The translations under genes were made by a program, and so were the position numbers. The notes under the pieces are model-generated. The model did not search any database, was not told where the DNA came from, and worked only from the letters and a program-made list of their open reading frames with translations. Shown here piece after piece: positions 1-8,351 of a stretch of 64,000 nt of DNA. Where the stretch lies: positions 35,006 through 99,005 of the forward strand of contig JAPLXH010000007.1 in NCBI GenBank assembly GCA_026396195.1, written 5' to 3'. This stretch comes from Candidatus Nealsonbacteria bacterium (GTDB lineage: Bacteria > Patescibacteriota > Minisyncoccia > Minisyncoccales > JAGGXC01). Positions within the stretch are counted from its first letter, which is position 1. Each line of letters opens with the position of its first letter.

Positions 1-112
1 TACGATTAATTTTAAATTTCATTTTTTAATTATACCATATGGCAATTATTTCTAATAAAAAAAAATTCCGCCTCTTGGTGGAATTTTTGAAAAATTATTT
101 TGTTTTCATTGT

Positions 113-1153
113 TTATTCCTCGGGCTCTTTCGAAACGAATTTATCGATTATTTCCATTATTCTCTTTTTAATCAGTTCGATGCCAACTTTCAGTAGAAGT
201 AAAAGGCCGGTTAAGCAAATAAGCGAATCCATCGCTCTTAAAACCAAGGAAAAAGCAACTCCAACATTGGCCCCTAATCCGAAGCCTTGGAAAACCAACG
301 CTTGCGCTGCTTCTTGAATGCCCAATTGAGCCGGAATAGGAGACATGTCGGCTAAATTAAAAAAACCGTAGGCAGCGAGTGCCTTTAAAACATTTAATCC
401 TCCTTGAAAGAAAAAAATTAAAAGCCAAGCTCTCATTAAAATAATTGAATATTTTAAAAGTGAATTTCCTATCGCTATCCACATTTCTTTTTTTCTTGGT
501 TTAAAAAATTTAAGCGTTTCTTGTTCTCCGCCAAAAATTAATTTCCCCCCCTTGCCCTCTTTGACTTTTTCAGGATCTTTGCCAAAAATTTTTAACAACC
601 CGGATAAAACACTCTGGCCTTTGAAACTTTTAATATAGAAATTTATAAGCAAAACAACAAAAATAGCGGTTATTATTCCTCCGGCAATTAATACTTTACT
701 GGCGGGGAAGTAACCTGCTGTAATGGGAAAAATTAAAACTCCTAAAATTAAAAATGGAAAAAAGATAGTAGCATCTACGGCTCTAAAAATGAAAACAGCT
801 GCTCCGCTTTTTTCCCAAGGTAAAAAATATTTTTTGGTTAAAGTATAGGTCATGAAAAACTCGCCACCCCAAATGGCGAAAGGAGATAAATAGGAAATAG
901 CAACACCTGGAAGCCAGGTCTGAGCAACTCCCCAATAAGAAATATTATAACCCTGGCTTTTTAAAATAAACTTTAGCTTCCAAATATCGATTAAAGCAAT
1001 AATTAAAGTTAAAAATAAAATAACACAAAATCCTCGAAGGGAAAACAAAGAAAAAGCCTGGGCAATGTCGTTAAACCCGACTTTTGAAGTGACGATGCCA
1101 AAAACAACCACGCCTATTGTTAAAGAAATCAAAAATAATAAAATTTTTTTCAT
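113..1153 (-). CDS. Polytopic membrane protein, flippase-like / lysyl-phosphatidylglycerol-synthase TM-region family (UPF0104-like)
   Basis: 346 aa with about 8 predicted TM helices and Gly-rich loops; architecture resembles the LPG-synthase TM region. The overlapping + ORF 39..317 was rejected. Confidence 0.45.
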   Translation of the reverse strand: MKKILLFLISLTIGVVVFGIVTSKVGFNDIAQAFSLFSLRGFCVILFLTLIIALIDIWKLKFILKSQGYNISYWGVAQTWLPGVAISYLSPFAIWGGEFFMTYTLTKKYFLPWEKSGAAVFIFRAVDATIFFPFLILGVLIFPITAGYFPASKVLIAGGIITAIFVVLLINFYIKSFKGQSVLSGLLKIFGKDPEKVKEGKGGKLIFGGEQETLKFFKPRKKEMWIAIGNSLLKYSIILMRAWLLIFFFQGGLNVLKALAAYGFFNLADMSPIPAQLGIQEAAQALVFQGFGLGANVGVAFSLVLRAMDSLICLTGLLLLLKVGIELIKKRIMEIIDKFVSKEPEE

Positions 1154-1243
1154 AAGCAGATAATCTAATTATAGTCCAGTTGGTTTAAAAAAGTAAAACA
1201 GCGCTTTAAACAAGGTCCCATCAGAGGCGCCCTCTAACGCTGT

Positions 1244-1717
1244 TTATCTTCTGTACTCAATTTTTTTTATTTTGTATTTTGTTTTTACTGCCAAGGGAAC
1301 GATTATTTCCTCTCCTGTTTTATGGCCCAATAAAGCCTGGCCCAAAGGCGACTCGTTGCTGATCTCGCCTTCAAAAGGATTCGTTTCCAAGTGCCCGACT
1401 ATTCTGAATTTATCTATTTGATTGTTTTTGCTCTCAAGCCAAACCTGAGCCCCCAAATTAACAACCTCTCTTTTTGCTTTAGCCGGAGGTTCAATTAATT
1501 GAAAATTTTTTAAAATATATTTAAGCTCCGATATTTTATTTTCTAAAAAATTCAAATCCTCCTGAAAACTTAAATATTCAGGGTTTATTTCTTCGGATTG
1601 TAAAAATTGGGGAATATCATCGGCTGATTTTGCCTTTCTGATTTTCCATAAGTCCTGATATTGTTTCTTTGTTTTTTCCAATCCTTCCTTGGTTAAATAA
1701 ATTTTTCCTTCTTCCAT
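1244..1717 (-). CDS. greA: Transcription elongation factor GreA
   Basis: N-terminal coiled-coil YLTKEGLEKTKKQYQDL and the C-terminal FKBP-like signature ISNESPLGQALLGHKTGEEI. Start trimmed to the internal Met (MEEGKIY), giving a typical 158 aa. Confidence 0.85.
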   Translation of the reverse strand: MEEGKIYLTKEGLEKTKKQYQDLWKIRKAKSADDIPQFLQSEEINPEYLSFQEDLNFLENKISELKYILKNFQLIEPPAKAKREVVNLGAQVWLESKNNQIDKFRIVGHLETNPFEGEISNESPLGQALLGHKTGEEIIVPLAVKTKYKIKKIEYRR

Positions 1718-1817
1718 AAATTTTTTTATTTTTTTCTTCTTTATTTTTATTTTTTGAAGAAAGTTTGTCAAGAACTTGAAAATAATTTAAAATGATGTAT
1801 AACATATTTTTAACTTT

Positions 1818-2846
1818 ATGATAGAAATTGACGGCTCTCATGGCGAAGGCGGGGGCCAAATCTTAAGAACAGCTTTGGCTTTGTCGGCAATAACCAAAAA
1901 AGAATGCCGGATTTTAAATATCAGAAAGGGTCGGGAAAGGCCAGGATTGGCCCATCAGCATCTTTTGGAGGTTCAAACCCTGTCCCTGCTTTGCCAAGGC
2001 AAGTTAGAGGGAGATTTTCTAGGGTCGAAAGAGATTAAATTTTTTCCCGGAAAAATTAAAAACGGCCGGCAATCGTTCAACATCAAGGTGCCTGCTGCCG
2101 AAAGCATAACCTTGCTTTTACAGGGATTGCTGCCTTTTTGTTTATTAAGCGAATCTCCAACAACTCTTATTATTGAAGGAGGAGCAACTGATACTTTTTT
2201 TTCTCCGACCATTGATTATTTTCAATATTGTTTTTTAAGAGTTTTAGAAAAGCTGGGAGGAAAAATAGAAATAGAAATTTTAAAAAAAGGATATTACCCG
2301 GAAGGAAATGCCAATTTAAAAATTAAAATAATTCCTTCAAAATTAAAAAAAATCAACCTTGTGGAAAGAGGAGAATTTAAAAAAATCAGGGTTTTTTCGG
2401 GAGCTTCCGAGTTTTTAAAATCAAAAAAAGTGGCTGAAAGACAATTAGCCGGAATAAGGGAGGTTCTTGGAGAGTTAAACCTAAATGTTGAAGAAAAGGC
2501 AGAATATTATCAGACTCAATGCCCGGGAAGCCAGGTTTGTATAATCTGCGAATTCGAAAATACAATTATCGGAACCGACGGCCTGGGAAAATTTGGAAAA
2601 AGAGCCGAGGATATTGGAAAGGAAACGGCTCTGGAACTTTTAAAAGAGCAAAAAAGCAACGCCTGTCTTGATAAACGCCTAGCTGACCAAATTTTAATTT
2701 ACTTGGCTTTAATTGAAAGAAAAAGCTCGGTAACTGTTTCAGAAGTTACCGAGCATTGTAAAACCAACATTTGGGTAATTGAAAAATTTTTGGAGGGAAA
2801 CTTTGAAATAAAAAATAATCTGATAAAGCGGACTCCATCCCTCTAA
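1818..2846 (+). CDS. rtcA: RNA 3'-terminal phosphate cyclase
   Basis: N-terminus IDGSHGEGGGQILRTALALSAIT, followed by NIRKGRERPGLAHQHL; the length (342 aa) is typical for RtcA. Confidence 0.85.
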   Translation: MIEIDGSHGEGGGQILRTALALSAITKKECRILNIRKGRERPGLAHQHLLEVQTLSLLCQGKLEGDFLGSKEIKFFPGKIKNGRQSFNIKVPAAESITLLLQGLLPFCLLSESPTTLIIEGGATDTFFSPTIDYFQYCFLRVLEKLGGKIEIEILKKGYYPEGNANLKIKIIPSKLKKINLVERGEFKKIRVFSGASEFLKSKKVAERQLAGIREVLGELNLNVEEKAEYYQTQCPGSQVCIICEFENTIIGTDGLGKFGKRAEDIGKETALELLKEQKSNACLDKRLADQILIYLALIERKSSVTVSEVTEHCKTNIWVIEKFLEGNFEIKNNLIKRTPSL

Positions 2847-4097
2847 CTAAAATAAATTGCCTTGCTGAGACAATTTTTTTTGTTCTTCTTTGGAAAAAAT
2901 TTTAATTTTTCCGTAAACTCCGTCGTATCCGGGCTCAATATAAATTTTACCCTCTCTGCTTCTTAAAACCCCTTCTGCGATTTCAGGCCTGGAAACCTTC
3001 TCAAGGTCTTTCAAAGAAGTTTCCAGTAAAACATTGAATTCGTTTCCGAAGTTCTTAATTAAATTTTCATACTCTTTCGTTGTTTTTTTTGTTCCAACCC
3101 CTATTCCCAAGCTTTCGGCGATTATTTCTTGCAGAGGAATCAAACTTTTAAAAGGAATCGCATTTTGAGGTTTAAATCCTTCGGGCCGGTCGGAAAGCTT
3201 TTCTATTCTGTTTAAAACGCCTATTGTCAGACCTTTGCCGCAAACCGGACAAATGTTTCCGCATTTCTTAGATTCTTTGGGAGAAAAATTTACTCCGCAA
3301 TTGCGATGCCCATCATAATGGTATTTTCCTTCTTGAGGATAAAATTCAATCGTATAAAGAAATTTTTTAGGGTTTTTTGATTTTATCGCCTCAACAATAT
3401 TTGAATAACTTAAAAAATCTAAATCAAAAATATTCGCTTCACGGCCGATTTTAGCCGGACTGTGGGCGTCGCTGTTGGAAATAAGGGTAATTTTATCCAA
3501 AGCGGAAATCCGCCAGTTCATTGCCGGGTCAGAAGATAATCCGGTTTCTCCGGCAAAAATATAACAGGAGTATTCTTCAAAACATTCTTCGATAGAATCA
3601 AACCCTGATTTGGAGCCGAACAAAGAAAACCAAGGCGTCCAAATATGGCAGGGAATCAAAACACAATCTTTGGAGATGCTAAAAACAATTTTTGCCAATT
3701 CTTTCGAGTCCAAGCCCAGAATAGGCCGGCCATCGGATTTCAAATTACCGATTAAGCCAAGCTGGGTATTTATTTTTTCAGCTATTTCAAAAGAAGGAGA
3801 AAAAATTAAATTATGAATTTTGCGGACCTTGTTGTTTTTACTGTAAATACCGGAAATTTCTACGGTCAATATGAATCTTATTTTTGAGTCGGATTTTTTC
3901 AATTTAAATAAACCGGGCTCCGCCATTTCCAGTTTTTCTTTCAAACCTTTAAACCATTGAGGGTGGGTAAAATCACCCGTACCTAAAACATCAATTCCTT
4001 TAACTCTTGCCCATTTATCCAAGCTATCCAAATCCATCTGGGGAGAGGTAGCTCTGGAATACTTTGAATGAATATGAAAATCGGCAACTATTTTCAT
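2847..4097 (-). CDS. PHP-domain endonuclease, endonuclease Q (EndoQ)-like
   Basis: Begins ADFHIHSKYSRATS (PHP metal site). Also has GTGD, the NSDAHSP motif and a C4 Zn finger CGNICPVCG; about 416 aa, as in archaeal/Bacillus EndoQ. Confidence 0.55.
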   Translation of the reverse strand: MKIVADFHIHSKYSRATSPQMDLDSLDKWARVKGIDVLGTGDFTHPQWFKGLKEKLEMAEPGLFKLKKSDSKIRFILTVEISGIYSKNNKVRKIHNLIFSPSFEIAEKINTQLGLIGNLKSDGRPILGLDSKELAKIVFSISKDCVLIPCHIWTPWFSLFGSKSGFDSIEECFEEYSCYIFAGETGLSSDPAMNWRISALDKITLISNSDAHSPAKIGREANIFDLDFLSYSNIVEAIKSKNPKKFLYTIEFYPQEGKYHYDGHRNCGVNFSPKESKKCGNICPVCGKGLTIGVLNRIEKLSDRPEGFKPQNAIPFKSLIPLQEIIAESLGIGVGTKKTTKEYENLIKNFGNEFNVLLETSLKDLEKVSRPEIAEGVLRSREGKIYIEPGYDGVYGKIKIFSKEEQKKLSQQGNLF

Positions 4098-4158
4098 TTT
4101 TTAATCTTTTATAAAAAATACATCCCCTTCTCTCCTTTGACAGGGCAACGCCGCATTT

Positions 4159-4632
4159 TTATCTTTTTTTATTTTTATTAATCTTTTTTACCTCTTCTTT
4201 CAAAATTTTATTTTCAAAAAAACCAAAACCGACAAAAATAGCAATCATCAATAAAGTGGTAGCGAAAGAAATAAAATAAAGACCTAGTCCCACGGCCATT
4301 CCCATGGCTGCTGTAACCCATAAACCGGCTGCCGTGGTTATGCCTTCGATTTTAGATTCTTTTTGAAAAATAACTCCTGCCCCGATAAAACCGATTCCCA
4401 TCGCCACTGCCTGGACGATGGTCGAAGACCCCAAATAAAAACCGGACTCCGCGACAGAGGATTTAAATAACGCCATTCCTGTTATGGCGAAAACACAAGA
4501 ACCCAAACTTACCAAGCTGTAGGTTTTCAAGCCCGCTCCCTTTTCTTTAAATTCTCTTTCCAAGCCGATTATAGCTCCAAGACAAACTGCCATTATCAAC
4601 TGAAAAAAAATTTGAAAATTAATAATATTCAT
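4159..4632 (-). CDS. MgtC/SapB family membrane protein
   Basis: 157 aa with four TM helices; N-terminal LIMAVCLGAIIGLEREFKEKGAGLKTY is the MgtC signature. Confidence 0.7.
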   Translation of the reverse strand: MNIINFQIFFQLIMAVCLGAIIGLEREFKEKGAGLKTYSLVSLGSCVFAITGMALFKSSVAESGFYLGSSTIVQAVAMGIGFIGAGVIFQKESKIEGITTAAGLWVTAAMGMAVGLGLYFISFATTLLMIAIFVGFGFFENKILKEEVKKINKNKKR

Positions 4633-4647
4633 TTTAAAAAAATAAAC

Positions 4648-4917
4648 CTAGACTTTATAAACCTTATAATCTTCCCTGGCTTTTTCTTTTATTTTTAACC
4701 CGATGGAAGAACCGGACTTGGCGGTTTTTATTTTTTTGCGGTCAATTTCCATTGAATCAACTTCCTGGGTAAAGTCGGTATTTTCTCCGCCGACAATCCT
4801 GATTGAATCTCCGACTTTCAAGGCTCCGGTTAAATCAATCACAGCTACCCCGATGTTGCTGTAATAATGAGAAATTTTTCCTATTAATTTGTCTTTTTTT
4901 TGTTTTGTTTGAGCCAT
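4648..4917 (-). CDS. Small conserved hypothetical protein (beta-barrel, translation-factor domain-2-like)
   Basis: 89 aa, GKISHYYSNIGVAVIDLTGALKVGDSIRIVG pattern; no clear family assignment. Confidence 0.3.
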   Translation of the reverse strand: MAQTKQKKDKLIGKISHYYSNIGVAVIDLTGALKVGDSIRIVGGENTDFTQEVDSMEIDRKKIKTAKSGSSIGLKIKEKAREDYKVYKV

Positions 4918-4939
4918 ATTTTTTTATTATTTTTTTAAA

Positions 4940-5485
4940 TTATCGACCTTTTTTGTCTTTTATTAATTTAATAACCTCGCTGACTAATTTTTTAGGGTCG
5001 GACTCATAGGCTATTCTTAGCTTTCCCCGAAAAGGCTTTCTTATTAATCCCTTTATCATGTCGGCCGTCCCTCCCGAACCTATTAAAACGCCGATTGGTT
5101 TTTGGTCTTCAAAAGCGATTGTAAACTCATTTAACGTTCCCATTCTTCCGCAAATAACAATTATCGCATCAGCGGCTCTAGTCATCAGAAGATTCCTCCC
5201 CGCATAGTCAAAACCGGTATAAACCATGGTGTCAAAAGCATCAAGAGGAAGGCGATAGGCTTTCTTGTGGGATAGCTCTGAAGCGGCCGGAGAAAAACCG
5301 ATACTTATTCCGCCGGCTTTCTGCGCTCCCTTGGCGGAAAAATAAGGAACTCCGGTGGTTGCCCCGGTAACTATAATGCAATCCTGACGGGCAATTTCTT
5401 TGCCGACCTCTTCAGCCAATTTTTCTACGTTTTCGCAACAATGGACTATCTGAGCAGCTCCTGAAACCGCAATTTTGTATTTCAT
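4940..5485 (-). CDS. LOG-family / TIGR00725 Rossmann-fold nucleotide-binding protein (cytokinin riboside 5'-monophosphate phosphoribohydrolase-like)
   Basis: 181 aa with IAVSGAA...IIVTGATTGVPYFSAKGAQKAGGISIGFSP and GRMGTLNEFT motifs typical of the LOG/SLOG fold. Confidence 0.6.
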   Translation of the reverse strand: MKYKIAVSGAAQIVHCCENVEKLAEEVGKEIARQDCIIVTGATTGVPYFSAKGAQKAGGISIGFSPAASELSHKKAYRLPLDAFDTMVYTGFDYAGRNLLMTRAADAIIVICGRMGTLNEFTIAFEDQKPIGVLIGSGGTADMIKGLIRKPFRGKLRIAYESDPKKLVSEVIKLIKDKKGR

Positions 5486-5804
5486 AATTTTTACTTATAT
5501 GGATTAGTTAATTGATTATATTGTATTTTAACAGATTTAAATAAAAACAAAAAAGAACAGACAGTCGTTATTCACAACCGCCTGTTTGAGAGAAATGAAC
5601 GAAAATTTAATAATTTTAGTGTTCTTAAGCTAGTTGGGCAACAGCTAATTGCGCAAACACTTCCATTACTAAACCTTATTGCCCTATTTGTCCTTCTCTC
5701 AGTTTTGATATTAATGTTTAAAAACTATTCGTCAAGTTTAAAAACTTATTTTTTCCCCCTCTTTTTTTCCACTATTTATTAACAATTTTTACAGACAAGC
5801 TGTG

Positions 5805-5983
5805 TGCCCTCGACAGGAGTCGAACCTATATTTCAAGCTTCGCCTTGAACCGCAATAATGCGCCTGACTGGATTCGAACCAGTAATCTTTGGCTTCGGAG
5901 GCCAACGCTCTATCCGTTGAACTACAGGCGCATAAGGTTATGGGGCAAGAAGGCTCGCGCTCTGTCCATTGAACTACGAGGGC
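5805..5983 (-). tRNA. tRNA-Arg(UCU) gene interrupted in the anticodon loop by a 107-nt insertion (putative intron or insertion)
   Basis: 5' part (5948..5983): GCCCTCG TA GTTC AATGGACA GAGC G CGAGC CTTCT. 3' part (5805..5840): AA GCTTG AAAT ATAGG TTCGACT CCTGT CGAGGGC A. Joined, they fold as a 72-nt tRNA with anticodon loop CTTCTAA, identical to the E. coli argU loop. No CCA is encoded. Confidence 0.55.
5859..5931 (-). tRNA. tRNA-Arg(CCG), nested inside the interrupted tRNA-Arg(UCU) gene
   Basis: GCGCCTG TA GTTC AACGGATA GAGC G TTGGC CTCCGAA GCCAA AGATT ACTGG TTCGAAT CCAGT CAGGCGC A. Clean cloverleaf, 73 nt, anticodon CCG, no encoded CCA. Confidence 0.8.
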
Positions 5984-5999
5984 GTATTACAGACACTAA

Positions 6000-6713
6000 T
6001 TATTTTTCAACTACCAAATAAATATTGGCTTTCTTGTTTTTGCCTCTGGAAAAAAATCCCGAGTCTCTCACGTGAAAACCGGACTTTTTAGCTAAACCTT
6101 CCAGCTCCTTTTTGTCAAAACAATGGAAATAACGCTCAGCTCTCTTTTTTTCTTGAGACCCCTTCCAGAGATAAAGAATATCTTTTTGATCTAATTTTGA
6201 CTTTCCAAAAAATCTTAAAATTGTATACTTTAATAAAAACCAGAAGGTTTCCTTTTTGCTCCAAAGATTCCAAACCGTTAAAATTAAAAGTCCTTTATTT
6301 TTTAAAACTCTTTTTGCTTCCTCTAAAAATTTTAAGCGAAAGTTATCGGACGGAATATGATGTAAAACAGCGATACAATAAATTTTATCAAAAGAATTAT
6401 CGGGAAAAGACAAATTTAAGGCTTCGGCTATCGAAAACCTGGAAGCTTCTTCCGGATATTTTTCCTTGGCAATTTTAATAAGCTCTTCGGAACTGTCCAC
6501 CCCGGCATAGTTTATGTTTTTTTCTCTTAACAATCCGAAAAGCCGGCCATTGCCGCAACCCAAATCCAAAACCTTGTCTCCGGGCTCAATGTATCTTGCC
6601 AAGGGAATCAATTCTTCCCACAAAAAAGCTCGGGAATCGGAAAATTCCTTGGATATAACATCATATCCCTTGCGACCCTCTACTAATAAATATTCCGCAT
6701 ATTTTTCATCCAT
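6000..6713 (-). CDS. Class I SAM-dependent methyltransferase, Trm9/ALKBH8-like (tRNA cm5U34 methyltransferase candidate)
   Basis: Motif I VLDLGCGNGR; SDSRAFLWEEL resembles the Trm9 N-terminal region; the conserved IAVLHH dyad and the LILTVW block match Trm9/ALKBH8 rather than generic methyltransferases. Start trimmed to MDEKYAEY. Confidence 0.55.
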   Translation of the reverse strand: MDEKYAEYLLVEGRKGYDVISKEFSDSRAFLWEELIPLARYIEPGDKVLDLGCGNGRLFGLLREKNINYAGVDSSEELIKIAKEKYPEEASRFSIAEALNLSFPDNSFDKIYCIAVLHHIPSDNFRLKFLEEAKRVLKNKGLLILTVWNLWSKKETFWFLLKYTILRFFGKSKLDQKDILYLWKGSQEKKRAERYFHCFDKKELEGLAKKSGFHVRDSGFFSRGKNKKANIYLVVEK

Positions 6714-8286
6714 GAAAATAGAAAAAATTATAATAAAAGAATTAATAAATAAAAAAGCAAAAACCTCCGAAGAGCTGGCTAAAACTAAAAGGGAAATGGC
6801 TAAAAAATTTAAAATCCCTTGTTTTTCCAATGTCCAGCTTATTCAAGCTTATCATGAATTGTTGAAAGAAAAAAGAATAAAGAGAGATGAAAGTTTGGAA
6901 AAAATTCTCAGAAAAAGGCCTGTTAGGACTCTTTCGGGAGTGGCCGTTGTTTCCGTTCTGACCAAGCCATATTCCTGCCCGGGAAAATGTATTTTCTGCC
7001 CAACTGAAAAAGGATTGCCGAAAAGTTATTTAAAGGGAGAACCGGCGGCAGAAAGAGCTCTAAAATTAAACTTTAACCCCTATTTGCAGGTTCAAAAAAG
7101 GATTGAAAGCTTGAAAAAACAAGGACACCCTACCGATAAAATTGAGTTAAGAGTTATTGGGGCCACTTTTTCTTCGTATCCGAAAAATTATAAAATTTGG
7201 TTCTTTGCTAATTTATTCAGCGCTGCTAATGGAAAAAAAGAAATAAAAAAATCTGATATTAAAATTTTCAAAAAAGAGAAAAAAATAAACGAAAAAACAA
7301 AAAATAGGATTGTGGGAATCTCGATTGAAACCAGGCCCGATTTTATAAACGAAAAAGAAATTCTTTTAATGAGGATGCTGGGAATTACAATGGTGGAATT
7401 GGGGGTTCAAGCGGTTAGCGAAAAAATTCTCAAAAAATCAAACCGGGGCCACGGCTTAAAAAAAATAATTTCAGCCACGAAATTATTAAAAGATGTTGGA
7501 TTTAAAATAATGTACCAAATGATGCCCAATCTCCCCGGCTCCGATTTAAAAAAGGATTTTTTGGCTTTTGAAGAAATTATTAATAATGGCGCTTATAAGC
7601 CCGACTGGTTGAAAATTTATCCTTGCCTAGTTTGCAAGGGCTCGGAGCTATATAAGACTTGGAAACAAGGAAATTACAAATCATATTCTGATAAAGACTT
7701 GATTGAACTTTTAATTAAAGTAAAAACCGTTCTTCCTCGCTGGATAAGATTAGCCCGCCTTTTTCGGGATATACCAGCTCAAAAAATCGAATCAGGTTCA
7801 AAAATTTCCAACTTAAGAGAGGTTGTCCAAAAAGAAATGAAAAAAAGAAACTTGAATTGCAATTGCATAAGATGCCGGGAAATAAAAGAAAACTTTGACC
7901 CTAATGAAAAGATTTTTCTTTTCAGGGAAGATTATCAAGCTTCCGGAGGAAAAGAAACTTTTTTGAGTTTTGAAAATAAAAAAAGAACAAAACTTTTTGC
8001 TTTTTTAAGACTCAGATGGTCTAAAAATAATTTTATTCCTGTTTTGAATAATTCTTCTATTGTCAGAGAACTTCATACTTACGGACAACAAACTCCTTTA
8101 GAAGAAAATTCTTTGGCAGTTCAGCATAAAGGCTTGGGCAAAAAATTGATTAAAGAAGCTGAAAAAATTACTAAAAAAGAATTTCATCTACCAAGAATCG
8201 CAGTGATCTCGGGAATAGGAGTAAGGGAATATTACAAAAAATTAGGTTACAGATTAGATGGCGAGTACATGACAAAAAAGCTATAA
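6712..8286 (+). CDS. elp3: Elongator Elp3-like tRNA uridine(34) carboxymethyl-modifying enzyme (radical-SAM + GNAT)
   Basis: RPVRTLSGVAVVSVLTKPYSCPGKCIFCP radical-SAM CxxxCxxC cluster in the Elp3 context. C-terminal GNAT QHKGLGKKLIKEAEKI...IAVISGIGVREYYKKLGYRLDGEYM closely matches the Elp3 C-terminus. Start trimmed to MKIEKI at 6712; the upstream 66 codons overlap the methyltransferase gene. Confidence 0.8.
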   Translation: MKIEKIIIKELINKKAKTSEELAKTKREMAKKFKIPCFSNVQLIQAYHELLKEKRIKRDESLEKILRKRPVRTLSGVAVVSVLTKPYSCPGKCIFCPTEKGLPKSYLKGEPAAERALKLNFNPYLQVQKRIESLKKQGHPTDKIELRVIGATFSSYPKNYKIWFFANLFSAANGKKEIKKSDIKIFKKEKKINEKTKNRIVGISIETRPDFINEKEILLMRMLGITMVELGVQAVSEKILKKSNRGHGLKKIISATKLLKDVGFKIMYQMMPNLPGSDLKKDFLAFEEIINNGAYKPDWLKIYPCLVCKGSELYKTWKQGNYKSYSDKDLIELLIKVKTVLPRWIRLARLFRDIPAQKIESGSKISNLREVVQKEMKKRNLNCNCIRCREIKENFDPNEKIFLFREDYQASGGKETFLSFENKKRTKLFAFLRLRWSKNNFIPVLNNSSIVRELHTYGQQTPLEENSLAVQHKGLGKKLIKEAEKITKKEFHLPRIAVISGIGVREYYKKLGYRLDGEYMTKKL

Positions 8287-8351
8287 ATAGTATAATTATT
8301 GTAATTGAAAAAAATCAAAGTCGAAAAAATTAATTTATAAATAAAAAATAT

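Noticed and set aside
39-317. 92-aa + strand ORF
   Set aside because: Lies entirely inside the 346-aa minus-strand membrane-protein gene; low-complexity, no motifs.
5486-5800. Possible riboswitch or ncRNA in the 315-nt leader between the tRNA pair and the LOG-family gene (contains a TGAGAGA box)
   Set aside because: No coherent conserved-structure signature (TPP, SAM, 6S, SRP, tmRNA or RNase P consensus blocks) could be recognised by eye. Left unannotated.
5841-5947. Group I self-splicing intron inside tRNA-Arg(UCU)
   Set aside because: The insert is only 107 nt and 73 of those are a tRNA, which is too short for a P1-P9 group I core. The U/G splice-site nucleotides fit, but that alone is weak evidence. 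Treated as an unexplained insertion.
6514-6711. N-terminal 66-codon extension of the Elp3 ORF (MFFSLNNPKSRPLP...)
   Set aside because: Overlaps the methyltransferase gene on the other strand. Elp3 homology begins at MKIEKI (6712), so the extension is an open antisense read-through.
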